This document shows positions 9,130 through 18,989 of a stretch of DNA of 64,000 nt, in pieces (within the stretch, counting starts at the first letter, position 1; each line of letters begins with the position of its first letter). Made by a program: the position numbers and the translations under genes. Source of the DNA: an uncultured Prevotellaceae bacterium (GTDB taxonomy: Bacteria > Bacteroidota > Bacteroidia > Bacteroidales > Bacteroidaceae); contig ONDJ01000004.1 in NCBI GenBank assembly GCA_900316575.1, positions 63,736-127,735 on the forward strand. The letters are read 5' to 3'. The notes beneath the pieces are model-generated. The model was not told the origin of the DNA and searched no databases. It saw only the letters and a list, made by a program, of their open reading frames with translations.

Positions 9130-10410
9130 CTACTGGGCAGCTTTTCTTCGTAAGTGTGGGATTTTAATAACCGTGCCGATAGGCACTTCGCCAGAGGCGG
9201 GCAAATTATTGTACTCTATGATGTATTTCACAAAATAGCCATTGCCATAATAATTGCGGGCAAGCCGTTCAAGCACATCTCCATAAACTATCGTATGTTC
9301 GTCGAGCACACCGTCGGGCTCAAACTGGGTGAAGATTTCGTTGGAATTGTTAACGGGTATAATTTGAACGCGCGCTGTGTCAGCTTGTTCCACAGGCTTT
9401 GGTGCAGGCTTTATCGGGGTGCTGGCAGCAATTGTGTCAGTAATGTATAGCGGGTTAGGGTCGGAAATTTCTGTGCGCCCCACACGAAGAAGTACAAATA
9501 AAAGCAAAGCAACAAAGGCTATCGCAAACACAATGGCTGCACGCTTCCAATAAACTTTTTGCCCACCTTCCTCTTCACTTTCAGCAATTTGCAGTTCGTT
9601 GGCTGAAGTGTTTGTTTCGTCTGCTGTGGTCATTTCTACGCTGTTGGCTATAGTTTCAGCTGCGCCTGAGTCTCCTGGCTGTTCGCTCTTTGCTTCTGCC
9701 GTCACAGCAGGAGGCGCATCGGTATCGGACGTTTTTGAAAAAGGTTCCGTTTCTTTTGTGTCAGCTTGCTGCGTTGTATTGATAGTCTCTAACGAACTAT
9801 CAAGCGGATTGGGCGTTAGTTGCTCTTCTTTGTTTCTATATGTTTCGTCGATAGTATCAAATTCGTGCATATCGGTCGCTTCGCTGAGTTCCACCTCGGG
9901 TAGCTCAGCAAATGGCCGATTGATGAGCTGCGACAATGTTTCTTCTGCAACAAACTCAATGAGTAAACTATCATCGTGGGGAGATTGGCTCAACCGAAAT
10001 GTTCCAAAACCCACTAAGCTAGCAAAACCGTCAGCTTGCAGTGCTTCGTTGATGACACCGAAACATTGAGCGGTGAATTGGAGCGCCGTTTCTTCGCTTT
10101 CCTTACTTTTGCGCGAGAGTGGTCGCACTAAGTCGTGGAGTGTAAAGCGGGGATTGCTGGGAGTAGCTTGGCGGAAACGAAGCAAAAGTTGGGGCGGTGT
10201 GAGGGTACGACGGCCAGTGGCTGGATTTTCTACGATGCGTTCAAGGCGTTTGTGCACTTCGAAAACGCCAAAACCTGGTATAACGACGTCGCCCCCGTTG
10301 CTCAACAAGTCGGCCAAAGCATTTGGCAGGGCTTTGGCCAATGCAGAGATGGTTTTCTCGTCCAAATTACTGAGGGCTACGAGTTTTTCTATGATTTCTT
10401 GGTGTTTCAC
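9130..10410 (-). CDS. HU-family domain(s) + acidic linker + transmembrane helix + C-terminal LysM-like domain (426 aa)
   Basis: VVIPGFGVFEV..R...NPATG HU signature; second LVGFGTF motif; TM WKRAAIVFAIAFVALLLFVLL; HTIVYGDVLERLARNYYG...NNL...PIGTVIKIP LysM pattern. Confidence 0.8.
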   Translation of the reverse strand: MKHQEIIEKLVALSNLDEKTISALAKALPNALADLLSNGGDVVIPGFGVFEVHKRLERIVENPATGRRTLTPPQLLLRFRQATPSNPRFTLHDLVRPLSRKSKESEETALQFTAQCFGVINEALQADGFASLVGFGTFRLSQSPHDDSLLIEFVAEETLSQLINRPFAELPEVELSEATDMHEFDTIDETYRNKEEQLTPNPLDSSLETINTTQQADTKETEPFSKTSDTDAPPAVTAEAKSEQPGDSGAAETIANSVEMTTADETNTSANELQIAESEEEGGQKVYWKRAAIVFAIAFVALLLFVLLRVGRTEISDPNPLYITDTIAASTPIKPAPKPVEQADTARVQIIPVNNSNEIFTQFEPDGVLDEHTIVYGDVLERLARNYYGNGYFVKYIIEYNNLPASGEVPIGTVIKIPHLRRKAAQ

Positions 10411-10456
10411 GGTAGGTGTGAATGATTCTTATTACGTATTACTTGGGGGAAACGGG

Positions 10457-11827
10457 TCACAACATAACATTACCATATAAATCAAATTCGTCGGCATCGG
10501 TAATCGTTGCGTTATAGAATTGACCTATCTGCAGAGGCGTAGTATCAGGTATGAGCACTTCCCCATCAACTTCAGGCGAGTCGGCCTGTGTGCGACCTAT
10601 AAAATAATGGCCCTCGCTTCGATCAATGATTACACGCTGTGTTGTTCCAACCTTGAGGGCATTGATTTCGGCTGAAATAGATTGTTGCAAAGACATGAGT
10701 TTGTCTAATCGCTGTTGCTTCACTTCAGAGGGAATATCATCAGGATAATGCATGGCGGCGTAGGTGCCATCCTCTTCGCTGTAAGCAAAAGCCCCCATGC
10801 GTTCAAAACGCGCTGTGCGCACAAAGTCAAGCAATTCCTCAAACTGTGCTTCTGTCTCGCCAGGGAATCCCACCATCAGCGTCGTTCTCATCGTGATACC
10901 AGGCACTTCTTCACGAATTTTGCTGAGCAAAGCCAATGTTTCCTCTTTTGTGGTATGACGGTGCATACGCGAAAGCACCTCGTCAGCGATATGTTGCAGC
11001 GCTATGTCGAGGTATTTGCAGACGTTTGGCCTTTCGCGCATCACGCGCAAAAGGTCCATGGGGAAGTGGTCGGGGTAGGCGTAGTGAAGGCGTATCCACT
11101 CCACACCTGGAATGTCGGCCATGCGATCTACGAGTTCTGAGATGCGGCTCTCGCCATAGAGGTCTAGACCGTAGAAGGTTAGTTCTTGGGCAATAATCTG
11201 AAATTCGCGCACCCCGCCTTCGGCTAATTGGCGAACTTCGTCAAGAATTTCATCAATGGGCCGACTGATGTGCTTACCCGTGATAAGCGGTATGGCACAA
11301 TAGGCACAGCGGCGGTCACAGCCTTCGCTCACTTTGATATAGGCATAGTGGGATGGTGTGGTGATGCAGCGACGGGCAATAAGGGGATATGCGCAGTGGG
11401 GTGTTGGCTTCGTTGAACCCTCCTTTGTACACTGCATTTCAAGATTTTGTTCGTCTGCTGCAGATCGTGGAAAAACTTTTTCTAAATCGCTGAGTAAGGA
11501 TAAGAAGTCAAACTTGCCGTAGATACCGTCCAACTCTGGAATTTCTCGTAGGAGCTCTTCGCGATAACGCTCGGTGAGGCAGCCCATCGCATAAAGGGCT
11601 TTAAGCTCACCGCTAGTTCTCTTATCAGCAAGTTCAAGAATAAAATTGATGCTTTCTTCCTTCGCATCGCCTATGAAACCGCAAGTATTTACTACGGCTA
11701 TATCGCCTTCAATGTATGTTGGATCGTGACTGACAGTAAAGCCGCGCTCGGCAAACCGCGCCATGAGACGCTCAGAATCAACCAAATTCTTGGAACATCC
11801 CATTGTGAATACGTCTATGCGCATCAT
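10457..11827 (-). CDS. rimO: Ribosomal protein S12 methylthiotransferase RimO
   Basis: GCSKNLVDSE, radical SAM CDRRCAYC, C-terminal TRAM with DSPEVDG. Confidence 0.95.
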   Translation of the reverse strand: MMRIDVFTMGCSKNLVDSERLMARFAERGFTVSHDPTYIEGDIAVVNTCGFIGDAKEESINFILELADKRTSGELKALYAMGCLTERYREELLREIPELDGIYGKFDFLSLLSDLEKVFPRSAADEQNLEMQCTKEGSTKPTPHCAYPLIARRCITTPSHYAYIKVSEGCDRRCAYCAIPLITGKHISRPIDEILDEVRQLAEGGVREFQIIAQELTFYGLDLYGESRISELVDRMADIPGVEWIRLHYAYPDHFPMDLLRVMRERPNVCKYLDIALQHIADEVLSRMHRHTTKEETLALLSKIREEVPGITMRTTLMVGFPGETEAQFEELLDFVRTARFERMGAFAYSEEDGTYAAMHYPDDIPSEVKQQRLDKLMSLQQSISAEINALKVGTTQRVIIDRSEGHYFIGRTQADSPEVDGEVLIPDTTPLQIGQFYNATITDADEFDLYGNVML

Positions 11828-11933
11828 CTTTCTAAAAGGCTACACCGTATTAATAAAACGTTAGTGGTAAAAATTTAATGGTTAAAGACACCGCCGCAAA
11901 CTTTAACCTTTAAATTCTTAAGCTATAAACTTT

Positions 11934-12896
11934 CTATATATGAGCCTCCGCAAAAAGGCTCTCTACAAAGGCGCGGCTGTCAAAGGGTTGCAAATCGCGC
12001 ATTCCTTCGCCCAATCCGATATAGCGAACGGGCACACCAAGCTCGTGGCTAATGCCTATCACGGCTCCACCCTTGGCCGTACCGTCCAACTTGGTGATAG
12101 CGAGCGCCGTTACTTCAGTAGCCTTGATAAATTGCTCGGCTTGAACGTAAGCGTTCTGTCCAGTAGAACCATCGAGCACCAGTAATACTTCATCGGGCGC
12201 GGTTTCAACCTGTTTTTTCATCACGTTTTTGATCTTTGTAAGTTCGTTCATCAAGCCCACTTTGTTGTGCAAGCGTCCTGCCGTGTCAATGATAACGATA
12301 TCTGCACCAGAGGCTTTGGCTGATTGAAGGGTGTCGTAGGCCACAGACGCGGGATCGCTACCTTGTTGCTGCTTCACGACAGGCACACCTACGCGTTCAC
12401 CCCAGATGCAAAGTTGTTCAACTGCGGCTGCACGGAACGTGTCTGCTGCACCCAGCACTACGTTTTTGCCCATCTGCTTGAACTGCCAAGCCAATTTGCC
12501 GATGGTGGTTGTTTTGCCCACACCATTCACGCCGACAACCATAATGACATAAGGCTTATGGGTTTCGGGAATATCAAAACCCTCTGCTCCACTGCCGCCT
12601 TCAGCCAAAAGCGCAGTCATTTCCTCACATAGCAAGCGACGAAGGTCGGACGAAGTGAGGAACTTATCCTTCTTCACACGAGCCTCCAACCGGTGAATGA
12701 TGTCAATCGTGGTTTGAACCCCAACGTCGCTACTTACCAAAGCAGCCTCCAATTCGTCAAGCACTTCTTCGTCCACTTGTGACTTACCAGCCACAGCAAG
12801 TGCTATTTTACCAAGCATCGACGACTTCGTCTTTTCTAAGCCTTGGTCTAAAACCTCTTTCTTTTCCTTCTTTCCAAATAGTCCAAAAAATGCCAT
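11934..12896 (-). CDS. ftsY: Signal recognition particle receptor FtsY
   Basis: [28 protein letters not shown]; start trimmed to MAFFGLFG. Confidence 0.96.
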   Translation of the reverse strand: MAFFGLFGKKEKKEVLDQGLEKTKSSMLGKIALAVAGKSQVDEEVLDELEAALVSSDVGVQTTIDIIHRLEARVKKDKFLTSSDLRRLLCEEMTALLAEGGSGAEGFDIPETHKPYVIMVVGVNGVGKTTTIGKLAWQFKQMGKNVVLGAADTFRAAAVEQLCIWGERVGVPVVKQQQGSDPASVAYDTLQSAKASGADIVIIDTAGRLHNKVGLMNELTKIKNVMKKQVETAPDEVLLVLDGSTGQNAYVQAEQFIKATEVTALAITKLDGTAKGGAVIGISHELGVPVRYIGLGEGMRDLQPFDSRAFVESLFAEAHI

Positions 12897-13082
12897 TGTC
12901 GTAGTATTTTCGGCAAAAATACTAAAAATCAAACAAAAGGTTTGTCGGCACGTCAAAAAAGGGCTGTTGTTAATGGGGGCTAATGCTTTTTTGGCGCATC
13001 TTGCTTAACGAACATGAGCAAAAACAACTGAACGCTCAATAGCAGCTTTATCCACGAAAAAGCATACTAGCGATAAACGATA

Positions 13083-13114
13083 TTTGCCTAATACACAAAT
13101 TCGCTATATCTTTG
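13083..13114 (+). promoter_or_regulatory. queC-queF promoter (TTTG-N20-TATCTTTG)
   Basis: Exact consensus with a 20-nt spacer. Confidence 0.75.
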
Positions 13115-13165
13115 CGGTGCGAAAACACGATAGAGCAAGTTTTCGTGACGTGCGGAAACTCCGTG

Positions 13166-13197
13166 CCGAGTGCTTGTCAAACCTCGTTAAAAACAAG
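13166..13197 (+). ncRNA. PreQ1 class I-like riboswitch aptamer
   Basis: CGAG/CTCG stem (13167-70/13183-86), loop CTTG complementary to 3' CAAG after an A-rich TTAAAAA linker (H-type pseudoknot); 10 nt upstream of the queC ATG. Confidence 0.7.
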
Positions 13198-13207
13198 ATT
13201 TGTTATT

Positions 13208-13888
13208 ATGCTACGCCAAAGTGCACTGGTAGTGCTCAGTGGAGGACAGGACTCCACAACATGCCTTTTTTGGGCGAAACGCCATTTCAAGTATGTCTCA
13301 GCCCTCTCGTTTCGCTACGGCCAACTTCATGAAAACGAAGTTGAAATAGCCCGCGAAATCTGCAACGAACACCACATTCCCTTTTCCGTTATTGACATCC
13401 CCTTTATTAGCGGTTTGGCTTCAAACTCATTGACCGACAGCTCTGTAGCAATGGATTCCACGAAACCTGCTGATGGGTTGCCCAATACGTTTGTACCAGG
13501 ACGCAATTTGTTTTTTCTAAGCATCGCCGCTGTGTTTGCACGCGAACATGGCATCTTTGATTTGGTGACGGGTGTGGGACAAACCGATTTTAGTGGCTAT
13601 CCCGATTGTCGCGATTCGTTTATCCGTTCGCTCAACGTGTCGCTCAATTTGGCGATGGACGAACAGTTCCAAATCCATACTCCGCTGATGTGGCTCACAA
13701 AGGCCGAAGTATGGGAGTTGGCTGATGAATTAGGCGTTTTCGATCTCGTGAGAGAACGAACATTGACTTGCTACCGTGGTATCGTGGGCGACGGATGCGG
13801 CGATTGTCCTGCCTGCAAACTGCGTCGCGAAGGCTTGGAACAATATCTTCAGAAACGAAATTCAAAACAAAGAGATGAGCAATTCTAA
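13208..13888 (+). CDS. queC: 7-cyano-7-deazaguanine synthase QueC
   Basis: [22 protein letters not shown]...CGDCPAC zinc site. Confidence 0.96.
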   Translation: MLRQSALVVLSGGQDSTTCLFWAKRHFKYVSALSFRYGQLHENEVEIAREICNEHHIPFSVIDIPFISGLASNSLTDSSVAMDSTKPADGLPNTFVPGRNLFFLSIAAVFAREHGIFDLVTGVGQTDFSGYPDCRDSFIRSLNVSLNLAMDEQFQIHTPLMWLTKAEVWELADELGVFDLVRERTLTCYRGIVGDGCGDCPACKLRREGLEQYLQKRNSKQRDEQF

Positions 13889-14348
13889 TCGTGAATTCGA
13901 AGGCCTTAAAGCCTTAGGTCGCAAAACAGAATACCGCCAAGACTATGCCCCTGAAGTCTTGGAAACGTTTGAAAACAAACACGAAGATGTAGATTACTGG
14001 GTAACTTTTCGTTGCCCCGAATTTACTACGCTTTGCCCCATCACGGGCCAACCCGACTTTGCTGAAATCATCATACGCTACATTCCCGCTAAGCGCATGG
14101 TGGAGAGTAAGAGCCTGAAACTCTATCTGTTTAGCTTTCGCAACCACGGCGATTTTCACGAAGATGCTGTAAACATCATCCGCAAAGATTTAACACGCCT
14201 CATGCAACCTAAGTATATAGAGGTTGTCGGTCTCTTTACGCCACGAGGCGGCATTGCCATTCATCCTTTTGCGAACTACGGACAGCCTGGCACGAAATAC
14301 GAAAAAATGGCAGAACAACGGTTCTGCCAACATGGTCTAAGCAATTAG
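13875..14348 (+). CDS. queF: NADPH-dependent preQ0 reductase QueF (type I)
   Basis: [24 protein letters not shown] QueF motif, HE. Confidence 0.96.
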   Translation: MSNSNREFEGLKALGRKTEYRQDYAPEVLETFENKHEDVDYWVTFRCPEFTTLCPITGQPDFAEIIIRYIPAKRMVESKSLKLYLFSFRNHGDFHEDAVNIIRKDLTRLMQPKYIEVVGLFTPRGGIAIHPFANYGQPGTKYEKMAEQRFCQHGLSN

Positions 14349-14366
14349 CCTCCACTTATTCTAAAC

Positions 14367-14403
14367 TCAAACCGGTCTTTAGTCGCACTAAAGACCGGTT
14401 TGA
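14367..14403. terminator. Bidirectional terminator between the convergent queF and thrA
   Basis: TCAAACCGGTCTTTAG / CTAAAGACCGGTTTGA perfect stem. Confidence 0.85.
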
Positions 14404-14405
14404 AC

Positions 14406-16823
14406 TTATATATTCGCCACACGCATGATATCAGCAAACACGCCTGCTGCTGTTACCGCAGCTCCAGCGCCATAGCCTTGGATGAGCATGGGGTATTCGT
14501 GATAGCGGGCTGTGGTGAGCAACACAATGTTGTTTGAGCCTTCAATGTTAAAGAAAGGATGCGTGGCTTCAATTTCGCGCAGTCCGACAGTGCCTTTGCC
14601 ATCGGCCCAAGTTGCTACGTAACGCCAATGTTTGCCTTCGGATTCTAAGCGTTGGCGTTCTGTTTCAAACTTGCTGTCCAATTTAGGAAGCTCCTTCCAG
14701 AAAGCTTCTAAACTCTCTGCAAATAGTTCTTGAGGCAGGAAGGGTTGGCTCGCTATATCAGCACACTCAACCCGATAGCCACTTTCGCGCGCCAAAATCG
14801 TAAGTTTGCGGATAACGTCCTTGCCGCTCAAATCAATGCGCGGATCGGGTTCACTGTAGCCTTGCTCTTTGGCTTGACGCACGGCCTCGGAGAACGAAAC
14901 ATCATGGCTGATGGCGTTGAAAACAAAATTGAGCGTTCCGCTCAGTACTGCCTCTATGCGCAATATTTTGTCGCCCGAACCCGTGAGGTCGCGGATGGTA
15001 TTGATTACGGGAAGCCCCGCGCCTACATTTGTTTCAAATAGGAACTTTACACCTCGGTCGCGCGCCGTTTCTTTGAGCCGTTGGTAATTGGCAAAATCGG
15101 ACGAGGCTGCTACTTTGTTGGCTGTGACGACACTCACGTTGTGTTCTAACAAGTCTTGATAGCACGCCGCAACTTCTTCACTGGCGGTGCAATCTACGAA
15201 GACGCTGTTGTAGAGGTTCATCGCCTTGATTTGGCGCACCATGCCGTGAATGCCTTTGTCGGGATGACTGGCATTGAGCGCCACTTCGGGATTAAGACCT
15301 TCAGCATCATAGGCAGCACCGCCGCGTGTTGTGATGCCAACGACTTTGATACGCAATGCGCGCTCAGAAAGGAGGCTTCCGCATTGTGCATTGATTTGCT
15401 GCAATAGACTACGACCGACCGTTCCCGTTCCACATAGGAAAACGTTGAGGTCCTGATGCCTACTGAGGAAGAAGCTATCATGAAGCACACTGAGCGCTTT
15501 GCGCAATACTTCACGACGCACCACAAGTGATATGTTAAGCTCTAAAGCTCCTTGCGCAGAAGCTGCTACGCTGATACCATTACGACCGAGTGTGGTGAAA
15601 AGTTTACCAGTGATTCCGGCTACATTCTTCATCTGGCTGCCTACCACAGCGATGGTGGCTAAGCCTTCGGCAAGTTGTGCTGGGTTCATAGCACCTTCGG
15701 CTATTTCACGACTGAATTCTTCGTCAAGCACTTGGCAAGCTCGTGGTCCGTCTTCAGGTCGCACGCAAAGCGAAGTACTGGTTTCAGAAGAGGTCTGAGC
15801 AACCATAAACACACTGATTCCTGCCTCTGTAATACGTCCAAAGATGCGGCGGTTCACACCAACAACACCTACCATCGACATACCGCTGACAGTGACCATG
15901 CTGGTTTCATTCACACTCGAGATACCACGAACAGGATGTTTCGAAGGGGCTGCGTCGGAGCGTATCACACTCCCTGCTTCCTCGGGACGGAAGGTGTTCT
16001 TAATATATATAGGTATGCCTTTGACCCGAACGGGATAGATTGTAGGGGGATACACCACTTTTGCTCCAAAGTTGCAAAGCTCAGTAGCCTCTTCGTAGGA
16101 CAATTCGGGAATGGTGTAGGCGGTAGGGATGACATGAGGGTCGGCTGTCATGAATCCATCCACATCGGTCCATATCTCCAAACATTCAGCATCTAAGGCT
16201 GCTGCAATGATAGAGGCTGTGTAGTCAGAACCGCCGCGTCCCAATGTGGTGGTAATTCCTGTTTGGGCATCGCTTGCAATGAAGCCTCCTACGACCGTTA
16301 AAGGCTGTAATGGGCATAAAACTTGGCATAGAACCTCGCGCGTTGTCTCAAAATCTACGATCGACGTGTGGCCTGGCCGAGTTTTAATAAGAGTTCTTGC
16401 ATCTATCAATTGAGCATGGCTCCATGCGGCAGCTATCAATGTAGATGACAAACGTTCACCATAAGAAACAACAGCATCCGTAGTTTTTTGAGTGAGTTCT
16501 TCGGTGAGAAAAATGCCTTGAAGAATGCTCTCTAACTCCTCAAAAAGTTGGATAAGCTTTGTGTTGAGTTGATCCTGTTGGTCGGGTGCGATGGTGTCGC
16601 GCACCATTTGCAGGTGGCGAAGGCGCATCGCTGCTACTATGTCGCGATAAGATTTATCACCTTGGGCGGCACGATGTGCTGTTTCGTACAATTGATCGGT
16701 GACACCGCTCAACGCACTTACAACAACGATTACAGGCTGTTTGGTGCGTTCTACTATTCGTTTAACGTGCTTTATGCTTTCGGGCGTGCCTACCGACGAA
16801 CCGCCGAACTTGAGAACTTTCAT
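14406..16823 (-). CDS. thrA: Bifunctional aspartokinase/homoserine dehydrogenase I
   Basis: KFGGSSVG, TLGRGGSDYTA, ACT domains, GTGTVG, ETNVGAGLP, GYSEPDPRIDLSG. Confidence 0.96.
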   Translation of the reverse strand: MKVLKFGGSSVGTPESIKHVKRIVERTKQPVIVVVSALSGVTDQLYETAHRAAQGDKSYRDIVAAMRLRHLQMVRDTIAPDQQDQLNTKLIQLFEELESILQGIFLTEELTQKTTDAVVSYGERLSSTLIAAAWSHAQLIDARTLIKTRPGHTSIVDFETTREVLCQVLCPLQPLTVVGGFIASDAQTGITTTLGRGGSDYTASIIAAALDAECLEIWTDVDGFMTADPHVIPTAYTIPELSYEEATELCNFGAKVVYPPTIYPVRVKGIPIYIKNTFRPEEAGSVIRSDAAPSKHPVRGISSVNETSMVTVSGMSMVGVVGVNRRIFGRITEAGISVFMVAQTSSETSTSLCVRPEDGPRACQVLDEEFSREIAEGAMNPAQLAEGLATIAVVGSQMKNVAGITGKLFTTLGRNGISVAASAQGALELNISLVVRREVLRKALSVLHDSFFLSRHQDLNVFLCGTGTVGRSLLQQINAQCGSLLSERALRIKVVGITTRGGAAYDAEGLNPEVALNASHPDKGIHGMVRQIKAMNLYNSVFVDCTASEEVAACYQDLLEHNVSVVTANKVAASSDFANYQRLKETARDRGVKFLFETNVGAGLPVINTIRDLTGSGDKILRIEAVLSGTLNFVFNAISHDVSFSEAVRQAKEQGYSEPDPRIDLSGKDVIRKLTILARESGYRVECADIASQPFLPQELFAESLEAFWKELPKLDSKFETERQRLESEGKHWRYVATWADGKGTVGLREIEATHPFFNIEGSNNIVLLTTARYHEYPMLIQGYGAGAAVTAAGVFADIMRVANI

Positions 16824-16866
16824 ATTGTGAACCGAGAGAAAAAGAGAAGAAGTGGCGTTTGCTAAG

Positions 16867-18393
16867 CTACTTGACGCGCTTGCCAGCGGGTAGGCCTTCG
16901 TTTTGTATGCGGTTGAGCGCGGTTACGACATAATAGCCTGGTGCTTTTTTGCCCGCATCGGCTATTTTGCAGAAAGGATATTTGGTGATACCTACGATAG
17001 CAGAAGGATCGGCCAAATTCTGTCGGCTCTTAGAGGCAAAACGATAGACCACGTATTTGACAGGCTTGTCTTTCCACGACGTATAAGCGGGAACATCCCA
17101 ATAAAGGAATGTGCCTTCGGCGATGGTTTCCGTACCTATACGACGCACTTTACCTGGCGTTTCGTCGGTAATCCACGACATTTGTGGTTGCAGGGCTGGA
17201 TATCGATGGTAGGTGAGCTCAAGGCGGCGGGCGTAGTCATTATAGTTGTCTGCAATCAGTTTGCTATACCACAGACAAGAACCATCAACGCCAAGTGTTT
17301 GTCGCTGCTGACGCAATTTGGCATCCATTTGGTTTACGCTTGGGTTTTGTGGGTCGGCATATTGCATCGTGCGTTCCACGTCTTGCCCTATGATAATCGG
17401 ACGACCGCTGCTGTAACGCGCCCACCATTGCAGAAGCTCGGAATAGTCGGCGGTGTTGTGACCAATCTGCCAGTAAAGCTGTGGAACGATGTAGTCCACC
17501 CAACCTTGCTTTACCCAATGGATTACGTCGGCATAGAGGTCATCATAGTTTTGTAGTCCCGCCGTTGCGCTGCCTGGGATGTTATCGCCTGCCTTAGCAT
17601 TGTGATAGATGCCAAAAGGAGAAACACCGAACTTAACCCAGGGCTTGGCAGCACGCAGTGTGTCGTGGAGCTGATGAATAAAACGATTTACATTATCGCG
17701 GCGCCAATCGGCTTTAGTTTGTGTGCTTAGCCCATAGAGCTGATAGGTACGCTCGTCGTCGAAGGTCTTGCCTGCTACAGGATAGGGGTAGAAATAGTCG
17801 TCGATGTGCAACCCGTCAACATCATAGCGGCGCACAATGTCGCCACAAACGTGGGCGATATAATCGCGGTTTTCAGGACGACCAGGATCGAAGAGCAAAA
17901 GGTCGTCGTAGCTGATGAACTTGGACTTATCTTTCCAATAAGGATGAGATGTGGCGAGTGCCGTTGTGCCTTTCGTTTTAGCACGGAAAGGATTGATCCA
18001 CGCATGGAGTTCCATGCCGCGTCGATGACATTCGGTAATCATCCAAGCCAAAGGGTCCCAATAAGGACTTGGGGGCGTGCCTTGCTGTCCGGTTAAGAAG
18101 CGGCTCCATGGCTCAAGCGAAGAGGCATAGAGCGCATCGGCTTCGGGGCGTACTTGGAAAATCACAACGTTGCATCGAGCTTGCTTCAGCGCATCTAAAT
18201 GGCGCGTTAGCTCGGCTTGCATACGATCGGTGCCAAGGCCTTGGAATTGGCCATTTACGCATTGTATCCATGCCCCGCGAAATTCACGCTTGGGTTGGGG
18301 AAGGGGAGATGTCGTACGATTTGAAGTATTCGTTTGAGCCGAAACAGTGAGGCTCAATAGCAAAACCAATGAGAATAAGAGTGACTTTTTCAT
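16867..18393 (-). CDS. Secreted GHL10/DUF187 family glycoside hydrolase-like protein
   Basis: Signal peptide; REFRGAWI, FQVRPEADALY, HAWINPFR, YDVDGLHIDDYFYPY. Confidence 0.85.
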   Translation of the reverse strand: MKKSLLFSLVLLLSLTVSAQTNTSNRTTSPLPQPKREFRGAWIQCVNGQFQGLGTDRMQAELTRHLDALKQARCNVVIFQVRPEADALYASSLEPWSRFLTGQQGTPPSPYWDPLAWMITECHRRGMELHAWINPFRAKTKGTTALATSHPYWKDKSKFISYDDLLLFDPGRPENRDYIAHVCGDIVRRYDVDGLHIDDYFYPYPVAGKTFDDERTYQLYGLSTQTKADWRRDNVNRFIHQLHDTLRAAKPWVKFGVSPFGIYHNAKAGDNIPGSATAGLQNYDDLYADVIHWVKQGWVDYIVPQLYWQIGHNTADYSELLQWWARYSSGRPIIIGQDVERTMQYADPQNPSVNQMDAKLRQQRQTLGVDGSCLWYSKLIADNYNDYARRLELTYHRYPALQPQMSWITDETPGKVRRIGTETIAEGTFLYWDVPAYTSWKDKPVKYVVYRFASKSRQNLADPSAIVGITKYPFCKIADAGKKAPGYYVVTALNRIQNEGLPAGKRVK

Positions 18394-18479
18394 ACCGATA
18401 ATGTTTACAGCGGCCAAAATTACGGATTTCAATACTTTTTCCTTGTTTTATTGGTGAAAATAAAGCGCATAGCCAAAGC

Positions 18480-18884
18480 CTACGACTTTAGTACGTTCCA
18501 AAAACTCATAGGCAACATGACATTACTTAGTTCTTCGGCTTCCTTAAAAAGAGGGGCTATCTCGGCATCTTGAAAACCTGCAATACCACAGCCGATGCGG
18601 GTGACGTAGAATGTTAGTTCGGGATGAGACTGTGCAAACGCTATAAATTCGTCAACATAAGGTTTGATAGTCTCTATGCCGCCTTGCATGGTTGGAATGG
18701 CATAGCTCTGTCCTTGCATACCTACGCCTTGCCCCCAGACGGCACCAAAGTGTAGCATGGCGGCATGAGCTGCGCCACCGCCGTGCATTCCTTGGAGGTT
18801 ACTACCAAAAACGAACACTTCATTAGGCTTGAGTTCGCTGATGAAGTCAGGGGTTATCCGATTGTTTTCAACTGATATTGGCAT
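18480..18884 (-). CDS. Small macrodomain-like protein (A1S_2505 family-like)
   Basis: VFVFGSNLQGMHGGGAA, SYAIPT and VTRIGCGIAG glycine loops resembling the macro fold. Confidence 0.7.
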   Translation of the reverse strand: MPISVENNRITPDFISELKPNEVFVFGSNLQGMHGGGAAHAAMLHFGAVWGQGVGMQGQSYAIPTMQGGIETIKPYVDEFIAFAQSHPELTFYVTRIGCGIAGFQDAEIAPLFKEAEELSNVMLPMSFWNVLKS

Positions 18885-18989
18885 GGTAAAAAGAAGATGA
18901 AATTAAAAAACCGCGCCGCACGTTGACACAGGTATTCGCGTGTGCGTGCGGCGCAGTTAGTGTACATTAGCAAGAAATAATAAACATGG

